Below, in pieces: positions 26,288 to 38,400 of a stretch of DNA of 64,000 nucleotides. Position 1 is the first letter of the stretch. Every line of letters starts with the position of its first letter. The position numbers and the translations under genes are program-made. A model generated the notes under the pieces. The model was not told the origin of the DNA. It worked only from the letters and a program-made list of their open reading frames with translations, and did not search any database. Source of the stretch: Octopus sinensis (Eukaryota); assembly GCF_006345805.1 (NCBI RefSeq), contig NC_043001.1, positions 10,416,001 through 10,480,000 on the forward strand. Reading direction: 5' to 3'.

Positions 26288-26650
26288 TTTATAATTTAGA
26301 ACTTAATCCAAACCGGTAAAGGTGCCTGGTTGTAAAACATTGCCTCAATTACTTTCGTCTAACACATGCAAACTTGGAAAAATACATGTTATATAAGTCT
26401 GTGTATATATATATATATATATATATGGGGAGAATGTATATGCAATATAATATAATAATAATAATAATAATAAACATTGTGTACAGTGCTCAGGTGCACT
26501 ACAACAACAATATGTCTCTATGCACACATGTATATAATGTGTATTGCATAAACATGCGTACGAGTCTATGTATCTGTTATAGAACTGGTTACTTGTTCCC
26601 TTGTATATTAATGAACAATATTGAATTTTCTTTCCCCTCTTCTATTGTAG

Positions 26651-26830
26651 GTTATGATAAATCAATTCCTGGTTTTTCTCGTTATGAAGTTGTTGGCAAT
26701 TTAAACCTTGGAGAATACAATCTTATGATAACAAATGTGGAATTACGTGATGACACCGAATACCAGTGTCAGGTGTTACCAACACCTGGTAATCCACCTT
26801 TAATGGCATCAGCTTATCTCACAGTTCATA
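26651..26830 (+). CDS. NPHS1: Nephrin-like exon: Ig1 C-terminal half (GYDKSIPGFSRYEVVGNLNLGEYNLMITNVELRDDTEYQCQVLPTPGNPPLMASAYLTVH)
   Basis: ttgtag|GT acceptor; CATA|gtaagt donor; 180 nt; DxxxYxC Ig motif. Confidence 0.93.
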
Positions 26831-29800
26831 GTAAGTGATATAATCTCATTGCATATATTTTCCTTTATTCAGAAGTAATTTGATAAATTGTTTTGATATT
26901 TTTACTATAACTGGTATGTATTTGAATGTGTTTTATTGTTTTCTGTCTAATTCTATAATATTCTTTGTAGATTTAATTTTATTAACAATTTTATTGTGTT
27001 CAATGTAGAATACTTAAACTTCCTAAAATATCTTCCTTTTTTTTTTTTCATGAAAGTTAACATTCATGCTTTATGAGATAATCTGATTTACAAAACTATC
27101 AATCATTTGAAATTTTTGTCTTGAAAAATATCAAGCGTTCTTGTCTGACATAATTTATACAAATGCATAGGCTTCTTTAAATGTCAGAAATTTTTATTAT
27201 TCTGTGATTTAAAATCTTTTCTTGCTAAATAAAACTTTCTGTTGAATGTAACAGCACTTAAGGTGACAGGCCTGCTTTTTAGACAAATTATAAATCTTTG
27301 CATTATGCATTGAAGGTCAACATTCAGTGTGTACCTTATTTGATAATTTCTTCACCCAGCTCGGAATAAATATTTTAATACTTCAATAAATGTCTTAAGA
27401 AATACATTATTCAGTATTTTTAACAATTTTGATGTTTGTAATGTCTGTGCAGGAATAAAAATCAAATGCTCTACCTCTTTCTTTTAAACAACAGATCAAA
27501 TAACCCTTCACTATATATTTATTTACATTGAAGTTATCTCATTCTTGATATCAAATATCTTCAGCTTCGTCATATCCAAACTTATTTTTCACACTAAATG
27601 TAGCTATATAAAAATTTATAACCATTCGTAAACAATAAATTATCAAATAAGAATGCTACCTTCTATAAGTTATGCAATCCTTTATCTACTTGAGTCTGTT
27701 GTTTCAAAAGTTTTCTTTTTAAAACCATTTTCTTATCTCAGACCATTACAAAAAAGGAAAAAGAATGAAAAAAAAAAAAAGAACTGTCTTCTCATTGCAC
27801 ATATAATACATCTCTTGTTCTTTCCTTAAACTATTATGATGCTACCATTGGTCCATCATTCTTTGTTTCCTTACAATAACATGTTCGAAAAAAAAAGAGA
27901 AAGAAATTCTCACAAACTTCTATCCACAATATTATCTCACTTCAGATCTCCTCGGTTATCTATTCACTCGGTGATCAACCTGTGAAAATTTAAGGGGAAT
28001 ATTATTGAATAAATATAACCTTATTCTCCTTCACTGACTATATTTCTATATCAAAAGCCTTCTCCAGTTACAGACCCAACCTGTAACCAATAGTTAAAAA
28101 GAAAAACTAAAACAAACATGTGAATAGTGTATATATTAAATTATATTGTGCATACATGTATTCTTAATGTGTTTCTTTCACTTTTTAGTCCCTCCTGATG
28201 TTCCAAAAATAGTTGGACACAAGAATGCCTCCACTATTGACATCCCATACACACAAGATGAGATAAAATTAGAATGTGTTGCACATAACGGCCGTCCTGC
28301 TGCTCGCTTAGAGTGGTTCAAGGATGGAGAGAAAATCACGACAGGCATTTCATATCGGACAGAGACAAAGCCTGGGGAGAAACTATCAACAGCAATAAGT
28401 GTTCTAACTTACAGACCCAAGTTTAATTACAATGATGCTTTACTAAGTTGTCAAGCTTCAAACGATGCTGTACAAGGACCTCCTCTTGAAACTTTCGTAC
28501 AACTTAGTATATCTTGTAAGAACCGTTTTTCTTTCTTCGATTTTTGATTCAATTTGATTTTGAAAATTCTGTTATTAATTCCACTTGTACTTTCTCAATC
28601 TTTTACTGAGGTTGGGGCAAGTACAGTATGCTTATCTCAGTAAAGTACCTTGCAATTTACTTCCAGATATTTGTTGTCCTTAAAAGAGAAACTACCCACT
28701 TTTACAGAAATCTTTATATATAAAAGTGAGGTTGTGTGCTGTCTGTCTCCTACGATTTAGATTCCTAACTACTCCCACATTTTGCGGTGCATTTTAACCA
28801 AAACCGGGTATCTTATAGTCGTGATTCATATCGAGCCCTTCTGGGTATTAGCGCGCGCCTACGATGAGTCTACGATTTAAAAAAAAATTTACCATAATTT
28901 TTCCGTATTTTTAATGCATTTTCGCTCAGTTTATATAAGGGAAGTAACTCTCTAAAAATGTATTATTAAATCTCAGAACGTAAAAAGCTACAGTAACACC
29001 CCCCCCCTTTGTGGTTAGCCATATTGAGATGGCTATTATACTTTACATCTCTAAAAATACTTATATAGTTATTTCCCTTACAAACCCGAGCAACGCCGGG
29101 CCATACTGCTAGTTATGTATACAGCTTTAATTACATACACTGAATGTTTATTTAGCCAGATGGCTTTTCACAATACCAGTGAATGTTTTATTCACTGCTT
29201 TCTATGTCAGAGTCACTAAATCTTGTCTAGGTATGTGGCTTGTTGGACTACAGGCCACTGATGAGGCCCAACTAGGCTAAAATGCATTTTGTATTCTTGC
29301 TAGCTGCTACTGCTATCACAATTTTTTGCCTCCTTCTGATATGTACTGTGTTTTTAAACACTGCATGTCCATAGGAGTTGTTTTCTTGAATGCATACTGC
29401 AGTAATTTGCCTATCAGCGATATCATCATCATCATTGTTTAAAATCCGCTTTCCATGCTAGCATGGGTTGGACGATTTTGGCTGAGGACTGGCGAACCAG
29501 ATGGCTGCACCAGGCTCCAATCTTGATCTGGCAGAGTTTCTACAGCTGGATGCCCTTCCTAACGCCAACCACTCTGAGAGTGTAGTGGGTGCTTTTTACA
29601 TGCTACCAGCACGGGGTCCAGTCAGGCGGTACTGGAAATGACCTCGCTCAAATCATTTTACACATGCTACCAGCAAAGGTGCCAGTAAGGCGACCCTGGT
29701 AATGATCACGCTCGAATGGTGCCATTTACATGCCACCGGTACGGGTGTCAGTAAGGCGATGCTGGTAACGATCATGCTCGAATGGTGCCGTTTACATGCC

Positions 29801-30397
29801 ACTGGCATGGGTGCCAGTAAGGCGACGCTGGTAACGACCACACTGGTAACGACCACGCTTGAATGGTGCTTTTTACATGCCACCAGCACAGAAGTCAGTC
29901 AGCCGCTATGGCAACAATCACACTCAGATGGTGCTCTTAGCACCCTACTAGCATGGGCACAATGTATCTACCTTAAATATGGTACACAGGTGGTTATTTT
30001 GTTATCATCATTATTCAGTCATTGAACTTGCAGATCATTAAAACGCCAGACAAAAAAAAAAAACTTATGATTTGTTTCAGCTCTTTACATTCTGAGTTCG
30101 AGTCCCATTCAGGTGCAGGCATCACTGTGTGTTTGAGAAGTTTCCTTTCCAACCACTTGGTCTTAAGTTCAGTCTCACTGTGCAGCACCTTGGACGAGTG
30201 ACTTTGACTATTGCCCCAGACCAACTGAAGCCTTATAAGTGGATTCAGTTGATAGAAACTGAAGCAGCTTGTTGTGCATGTGGTGTGTGGTGTATGTATG
30301 TGCGTAGGTGTGTGTATATATATATATATCGTCATCATCATCATCGAAAATGAAATCAACGTCCCTGGGTGGGTGTTGATTTCATTTACGATGATAA

Positions 30398-30434
<37 letters not shown>

Positions 30435-32411
30435 CGCAGGAGTGGCTGTGTGTGGTAAGTAGCTTGCTAACCAACCACATGGTTCCAGGTTCAGTCCCAC
30501 TGTGTGGCATCTTGGCCAAGTGTCTTCTGCTATAGCCCCCCGGGCCGACCAATGCCTTGTGAGTGGATTTGGTAGACGGAAACTGAAAGAAGCCTGTCGT
30601 ATATATGTAAATATAAGTGTGTGTGTGTATATGTTTGTGTGTCTGTGTTTGTCCCCCTAGCATTGCTTGACAACCGATGCTGGTGTGTTTATGTCCACGT
30701 CACTTAGCAGTTCGGCAAAAGAGACCGATAGAATAAGTACTGGGCTTACAAAGAATAAGTCCCGGGGTCGATTTGCTCGACTAAAGGCGGTGCTCCAGCA
30801 TGGCCGCAGTCAAATGACTGAAACAAGTAAAAGAGCAATATACATACCCACATATATTAATTTTATTGAAAATATATATATATATACTCATATAATAGTA
30901 TACAAACAGTTGAGTATTTATACACAAAAGAGGTAGCATTTGACAGGACACCTTACATGCTAGAAAGGACAGTCAAAATCCAAACCACTGTAGGTATATA
31001 TAGATATGTGTGTGCATTTCTCTCGTGTTCACTAGTTAGTAAGGAAAGCTTTCCTGCCAGTGACATTGGCTGGCAACCCAGTCTGGGCTCCTTGATCTGT
31101 TGCTTCATCATAGTGAACAAGAATCTCCTTAAACAATGTTGTTTGTATCCAGTTCCTTGCATATAAACATCTCTGGAGTGTTAGTTGTTCAGTAGACTGG
31201 TAGATTTATAAAGTACCGAACAGGTATTGGGGATGATATATGGGGAGAGTTTACGAAAAAAACAAACGACGAAGACAGGTGGTGTAGAAAACAAACAGAT
31301 GTATTAGTATAACGCTCAGGAATAGAAAAAGTCTTTTACGTTTCGAGCCTACGCTCTTCGACAGAAAGGGACACAGAAAAAGAACAAGGAGAGAAAAAAA
31401 AAGGCTTTGTGCCTAAATTTTAAACAATCATCATCATCATCATCATTATTTAATGTTCACATTTATCTGTAATATTACTTTTCTCGACAATCAAATATGT
31501 TAGTATTTCAAATATATTGAATGTTGTGTTCTATCATTGATTTTATTAAATTAAAAAATATTTATGTTTGTCGTTAGTCGTTCTATAATATGGAATATTT
31601 TTTAAAGGGGAAAATGAATGGCAATTTCTTCCCAAAACATTCTTTTTACTTTCTGATGAGATTTTTCCTTTACAAGCTAAGATTACAGTAAATTATCTTC
31701 ATTTTTAAATAAGAATAGTATTTTACTGAATAAGAAAAGATTTTCTAAAAGTTTGTTTCGTAATATCTGAATGAGGAAAATCAAAAATTGAAAATTAGAG
31801 AAAAAATATTGTTTACGTTAATGAATTAACTATTGAAGAAGTATAATTATGATAATTAAGATTGATGATTTAAATTCCAGTGAATTGTTTGTCATGCGTT
31901 TACCAAAATCCAAATCAATATATATTTATAAGAACGGTAGTTTTTAAAAGTTTACCATTTAGAATATATAGCTTCTGTGTTACCACACACACACACAGAC
32001 ACTCACTTGTATATAAATATGTTTTTCTTGTTATTTCAGTCCCACCAGGCGAACCTCACATCAGCGGTTATCACGAAGGTCAAGTAGTCCGCATTAATGA
32101 TACCTTGCACTTGAAATGTGTTTCTGAAGGTGGTAATCCTCCTGCACTTGTTATCTGGTATAAGAATAACAAAGAAATTGACCGGTCTTACTTCACCGAA
32201 CAGAATAAGGCAGAAAATGACCTAACCTTAACTGTTGAATCTTCTGATAATGATGCTATTTTCAAATGTGAAGCATCGAATACTGCAACAGTGAAGCCAT
32301 TAGTTGCATCTTTCAAGCTAACAGTGCACTGTAAGTTGATAACAGTTTATGTAAAATGTGCTGGTTCAAATATGTCATGTACTAACGAAGTATGAATAAT
32401 TTGACATGAAA

Positions 32412-32442
<31 letters not shown>

Positions 32443-35400
32443 GTTATTATTATTATTATTGTTATTATTATTATTGTTATTATTGTTATTATTATTATTG
32501 TTATTGTTATTATTATTATTATTGTTATTATTATCATTATTATTATTATTATTGTTATTATTATTATTATTGTTATTATTATTATTACCAATTAGTTTTC
32601 TTACAATTGTTTTCCTTTTATTTCCTTGAAACAATATTTGGTCTTCAGTTTATGACTAAATTACTAACATGCTGTTGGTTTATCTTTATCTAACTAATTT
32701 AAAAATCAGTCGTCTAGAACTATTTGACTCAGTAATGATGTTCATTTTTATTATCATCATCATCATTATTATTATTGAGTGAGAGAGCAGTTCATGCCAT
32801 CAAAGTGACACTGGGGTAAAATATACGAAGCCCAGTATATCTATCATGACTACCCATCTGATAAGGCACATGCATCACAACCATATGTGCGCGACATAGT
32901 GATAAACAGCACATGACCTTGCAGGTGGGGCCCAGCTAGAATTTCCTTCAGGTCGAGTAACACATCCTGCTCAAAAGGTCCCTGAATAAGGATTGTTTAA
33001 GGATGTTAAATGAAACAACCATGTTTCCAGAGGAGAATTATTCAAACCCCGAAGAATCCCTCTCAACACATGGTTATGATGCTCCCCCACTACTTCTGCT
33101 CATGATCAGAGATGCACATATTGTCAGCCACTAAGGGACACGCTCAGCTGGTTAAGGTCAAACAACTGACAACCAAATCGGTGGTATTGAGCAGAATATC
33201 TGCTGTAGCCCATCTTTTATACCAAGAGAAAACAATGTACATGATAACACTTCCAATTAGTTAAGATCAGAAACCACGAGAGCCATTATTATTATTGTTG
33301 TTGTTGTCAGTGGCGGCGTCATAAAGTAAATAGCACAGCCAAGAAAAGACAAGATTATTCCTTTATTTATGTTATTTATTATTGAATTATTATTTTTTTT
33401 ATGTAGTAAAATATAGACGAGAAATGGTTTCATATGCTTTCAATCATAGATTAAGTTGTAAAACATTTACCTACATATGTATTTATATATGTGTGTGTAA
33501 GCATCTCAAATATTCTGACACAGTAATATAAACATTTATTTCATTCTGCTCTGAGGTAACAATTCAGTTCTTGAACTGCACTTCGCTTAATCAGCAACAT
33601 CAGAAGTGTGTGCGTACGTGTGTATGTGTGTATGTATGTGTTATAACTTGATTCACCAAGATTTCTCAGTTGATAAATCATCCGGTCCCAATCAGCATGA
33701 TGAAATATTTAATTGAATGAACATTCATTTACAAGTCATAGCAGTGGATGTAAGGTTCCTCTTGGAGGTGTGATTGGTAAAGTGCTAATTGATACGAATA
33801 ATGCAAGAGCTTGTGAACAGTTTAGGCGCAGGAGTGGCTGTGTGGTAAGTAGCTTGCTAACCAACCACATGGTTCCGGGTTCAGTCCCACTGCATGACAT
33901 CTTGGGCAAGTGTCTTCTGCATTAGCCCCGGGCCGACCAATGCCTTGTGAGTGGATTTGGTTGACGGAAACTGAAAGAAGCCTGTCGTATATATGTATAT
34001 ATATATATGTATGTGCGTGTATGTTTGTGTGTCTGTGTTTGTCCCCCTAGCATTGCTTGACAACCGATGCTGGTGTGTTTACGTCCCCGTCACTTAGCGG
34101 TTCAGCAAAAAGAGACCGATAGAATAAGTACTGGGCTTACAAAAAGAATAAGTCCCGGGGTCGAGTTGCTTGACTAAAGGCGGTGCTCCAGCATGGCCGC
34201 AGTCAAATGACTGAAAGAAGTAAAAGAGTAAAAGAGTAAAAAAGAGTTTCGTTGAATTTGAATAAGATTCTTTCATTTTACACACACACACACACATAGT
34301 CAGCGTATTTGTCAATTTTTGGATATACAACATTTATATAGCTCATAATTTTTGTCTGTGTGTCTGACTTCTGACATTTTGCTTGCTATCTCTGTGTTGC
34401 TTCTATTTTTACACTTCTATTCTTAATGCATTGTTTAGTGAAAATGTTAGCTAACTTATAATATTTCCACAACCACTGCATTTAACTCTGTCGTGGGATA
34501 TTTCTGATGTTGAAAACAATGGAAATAATCACAGCCATTCAGGTATTAAAGTGGTTTGCTCTTTACTCTTTTACTTGTTTCAGTCATTTGACTGTGGCCA
34601 TGCTGGAGCACTGCCTTTGGTCAAGCCAATCAACCCCAGAGCTTGTTTCCTCCTATATTTATACTTACAGTACATATGATCACACTCTATGCTGTGTGTC
34701 TGTGTCTATAAAGCCCTAGCCATCTCCCACAAGCTAATGTGACTCGGTAACCTGTGCCATACTTTCGTTTATTGCTTTGGGCCCCTATGTAGCCAAGAGC
34801 AGACAACGACTCCCTCTTAGCCCTCTCACTGAAACGTACAGGATGTGATAGCTGGAGGGGAGAGAGGGTTTCACCAGAACTTGGCTGGAGCAGCATTGAA
34901 TGAAGTACCTTATTTGTGGACACAGTATGATGCCTGGTCTATGAATGAAACCCACAACCATATCATCATGAATCCAACTCCCTAACTAATAGGCCTCACT
35001 CACACACACACACAAGCTGAAGCTTGACAAATTGTTATTCAGACTTCAAAAATATTAATTGTTTGTTTAATTATTTAATTACAAGATAGATATTTAGAAG
35101 AGTGTTTGCAGAAACCTTATAATTCAGACCTTTGATTTAAAGCAAATCTTATTTAAAGCAAATAAAATGAAAAGTTTGTCATTGTTAAATAGTTTTAGTG
35201 GGAGTTTGAGTGGATGAATTCACGTTTATATCGTGCACTTTCCTCAAGGATAATGGATTAATTTAGAACAGGATAGACTTGGATTCATTTAACCCTTTTG
35301 TTACCATATTCCTTTTGAGATGCTCTGTGTTTCTTTTACTTAATTTCAGATATAACAAAGAATTTAGTAAAATAACTTAGTTATCATTAAGCTAGTGTTA

Positions 35401-38400
35401 GGAACATAAATTGTGACTGAGGTTTGGTGGAAGATTTTAATTCAAAACTTATGAAGACAAGACATTTTTACTACAGAGCCAAAGGTGGTTTCAGCCAGTT
35501 TGGTATTGAAAGGGTTAAAGACCAAATTCAGGCAACAGACATGGAATTTTTTAAAAATTTCTTTTCTAGTTTCTGTAAAACTGAATATGAAGATAAAAGT
35601 GCATTCTGAAGTTGTTTTGAATTGATTTGGGTTAAGATTTAGACAGTGCTACTATCCATCTGCACCCTGCAGCACAAGAGTCTGTTTTTGAAGGGCAATT
35701 AATGATGGGATGGTGCTTGTTTAGAGCAGTTCAGTAACAGGAGCAAACCTGTCCCATCTTTTTGTTTCAAACTTATCCAAGCAAAGTTTGTTGTTCAAAT
35801 TTCTCTCTTATATGTCTTTTAAGTATCCTTCTTAAATGTCGTACTTTGTAAAGGGGTTGACATTAGGAAGGGCATCCAGCTGTAGAAACTATGGGCATCA
35901 TAACTCTGTGGATTTTGTCAAGCTGTCCAACCATGCCAGTGTTGTAGAAGGTAGAAGTTGAATGGCAATGATGAAAAGTTACATCTAATCATAACTCTAC
36001 ATTCAATATTGAATACTATTTTTGCTTCTGTTATTACTTGTATGTGTGTGTGTTTGTGTGGGAAAGTATCTGAGATGTATATTAAGAGGTTATATGCAGA
36101 CCATATATTTGCATCATCATTCCTGTAATGTCTTTCATGATTAACTACAGTGGTTAATGTATTAGTGAGAGACAAAAAATACATTTATTTATTGTCATCA
36201 TCATCATCATCACCATATTCTATCTTTAATCCTTTCGTTTGTTTTAGCTTTCAGAAAAATTACAAAATATTATCCATCACTTTAGTTTCTAAGTTTACCT
36301 TCCAATGAAAGAATTCTGAGAAGGAAATATTCATTTATATGTAAAATTATTCAGCTGTGTTTTTCTTTTCTTTCTTTTTTACTTTTAGACATTTCTAAAC
36401 ATTTGCTTTTTTGCTTGTTTTTATCAGCTGTATTGAGAAGAACTATTTTTGTAACTCCATTAAAATCATGCACCTTCAGTAGCAGACAAACAGGAAAATT
36501 AGTGTACTTGAGCAAGCCACTATCTCCTGCATAGAAACTATGATTACACAACATCAGTTTTGATGGTGTGGCCATATTGGGAATGTCCTGTTGCTTAAAC
36601 TAATGCTTTACTCCTAACTGAATGAAGAGAGACAAAGACAAAGGAAGTGGTTATATCATGTTCTTAATGGGAATTCCAAAAAGTACAATGCATTGTGTAC
36701 AAGTGGAAATCTTACAGAAGTAACCAGTACAAAGGGAAACTCATTTCACAAACTTTGAGTATAGACGTAACCCAAAGTGCTTCAAAGACCTGATGTTTTC
36801 GAGACAACAATGTTTGGTCTACAACCAGATTTAGGAATCTCACCTTGATCTGCATAGCTCCATGCCAGTCCACAGGTGTTAGATAAGGTTAATGATCACG
36901 CTGAACTTATTCTACTACTAGCAGTATCGCCCGGCGTTGCTCGGGTTTGTTTCAACCCATCAGAATTGAAATTTTTGAAAAGTAAAAATTTTGCATTATG
37001 TAGCTTGTTATTCCCTTTAAGCTAACATTTTTCTGGTTGAAATACACCAAAAAATGGCGACACAGCAGTCAAAAAATCGTAAATAATAGGGATTTTCATA
37101 GAAAAAAAGCACCTTTTTGATATAAATAATTTTTGGTGTTAACGTGGTCCGATTTGAATTTTTTCTTCTACGGAAGGAAGAGCACGCCTTCTTCTATTAT
37201 ACTTTCAATTTTGGTCAACTTGTGCTGCAGGGTCTCGGAGGAGATAGTGTTAGTTGAAGGCTACCAAACCTGCCATACACAGACGACTTCAGCTTTATAT
37301 AGAGATTTATACATACTTGTATATATACACGTATAATCATAAGCCACAGAGGAGCAGTTAAAAATAAACCACCTAGGTAGAAAAGTACAAGTATCAAAAA
37401 CACAGTTGCAGGAAATTTGTCCCTGATTGTGCATCTGTCTGTTCTCTGTGGTTCATCCTATTCAGCTTCAAACTCTTGTTGGTTTTCGTTCTTTCTACTT
37501 CAACATTTTTTTTTTTATTTTGTCATGCAACCGGAATTGGTTTCAATAACTTATCCATCTAATTCTCTGTCCAGAATTGAAAATTCACTTTCACCTTCCA
37601 TCATGTCACCTTCTATTTCTAGCTCTTATCATTTTAAAGTTATCTCTACATGTATTCTATACAATTTAGAGCCAGCACTGTAAACTGGTCTATTCATTAG
37701 TGTTGCACTGCTAAGCTTAGTGGCTGTTTAAGCAATGTATTCATGGATGGTTATTCAGTGTTGGCTTTCAATTCTATAGAATATCTACAGAGATAACTTA
37801 AAAGTGATTGGATTGCACTTTTAATGCAGGTAAGACACAGCATTGGCTTTTAAACCTTAAATATATTTGGTGGTGTATTACGATTGCTGAATGAAATACA
37901 GTGTCTCTAACAGCAGTTGATATCTAGCTCTTATATCCATTCTACTTCAGTTCTTTGTATATCATTCCACTCATAATATTTTTCTCACGTTTAACTACTC
38001 TTTGAGTGTTTAAACATTGTTCATAAATGGTTTCATTTATGGTTTTCCAGTTCCTCCAAAGAAAGTAAAAATCTCCGGTCACAGACTTGCAAAAGCCGGA
38101 CAGACTGTGACATTAAAATGTGTCTCAACAAACAGTAATCCGGCAGCAACGATCACTTGGTTTGCAAGGGGAAGACAGCTTCCAGATGAAAACACCCAAG
38201 TAAAGAGTTCACCTAAAGGAGGGTTTATTTCAACATCAATAACCAAAGTTAACCTGACGGGCAATGACAATAATGTTATGTACACATGTGTTGCCAAGAA
38301 TGAATACGTCGTCGGTGGAACATCTGATTCAGTTACGTTAAGTGTTCTGTGTAAGTATTTATTTCCATAAATGTGTTAGATTGTCTCATTAATAATATTT

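Noticed and set aside
26374-26650. N-terminal extensions of ORF-track proteins (MEKYML..., MNCLSC..., MCIHVF..., MGSNYN...)
   Set aside because: Intronic read-through upstream of clear splice acceptors; only the Ig-coding parts are exonic.
29640-29900. 66-bp repeats as CRISPR or a coding repeat (ORFs 29653, 29702)
   Set aside because: Whole units repeat with no spacers; they lie in an RTE 3' UTR, and ORFs on both strands are by-products.
32347-32693. Poly-N/Y/L/I ORFs (also 59028-59615, 6192-6440, 18762-19296, 7406)
   Set aside because: Translations of microsatellites, which lack stops in several frames.
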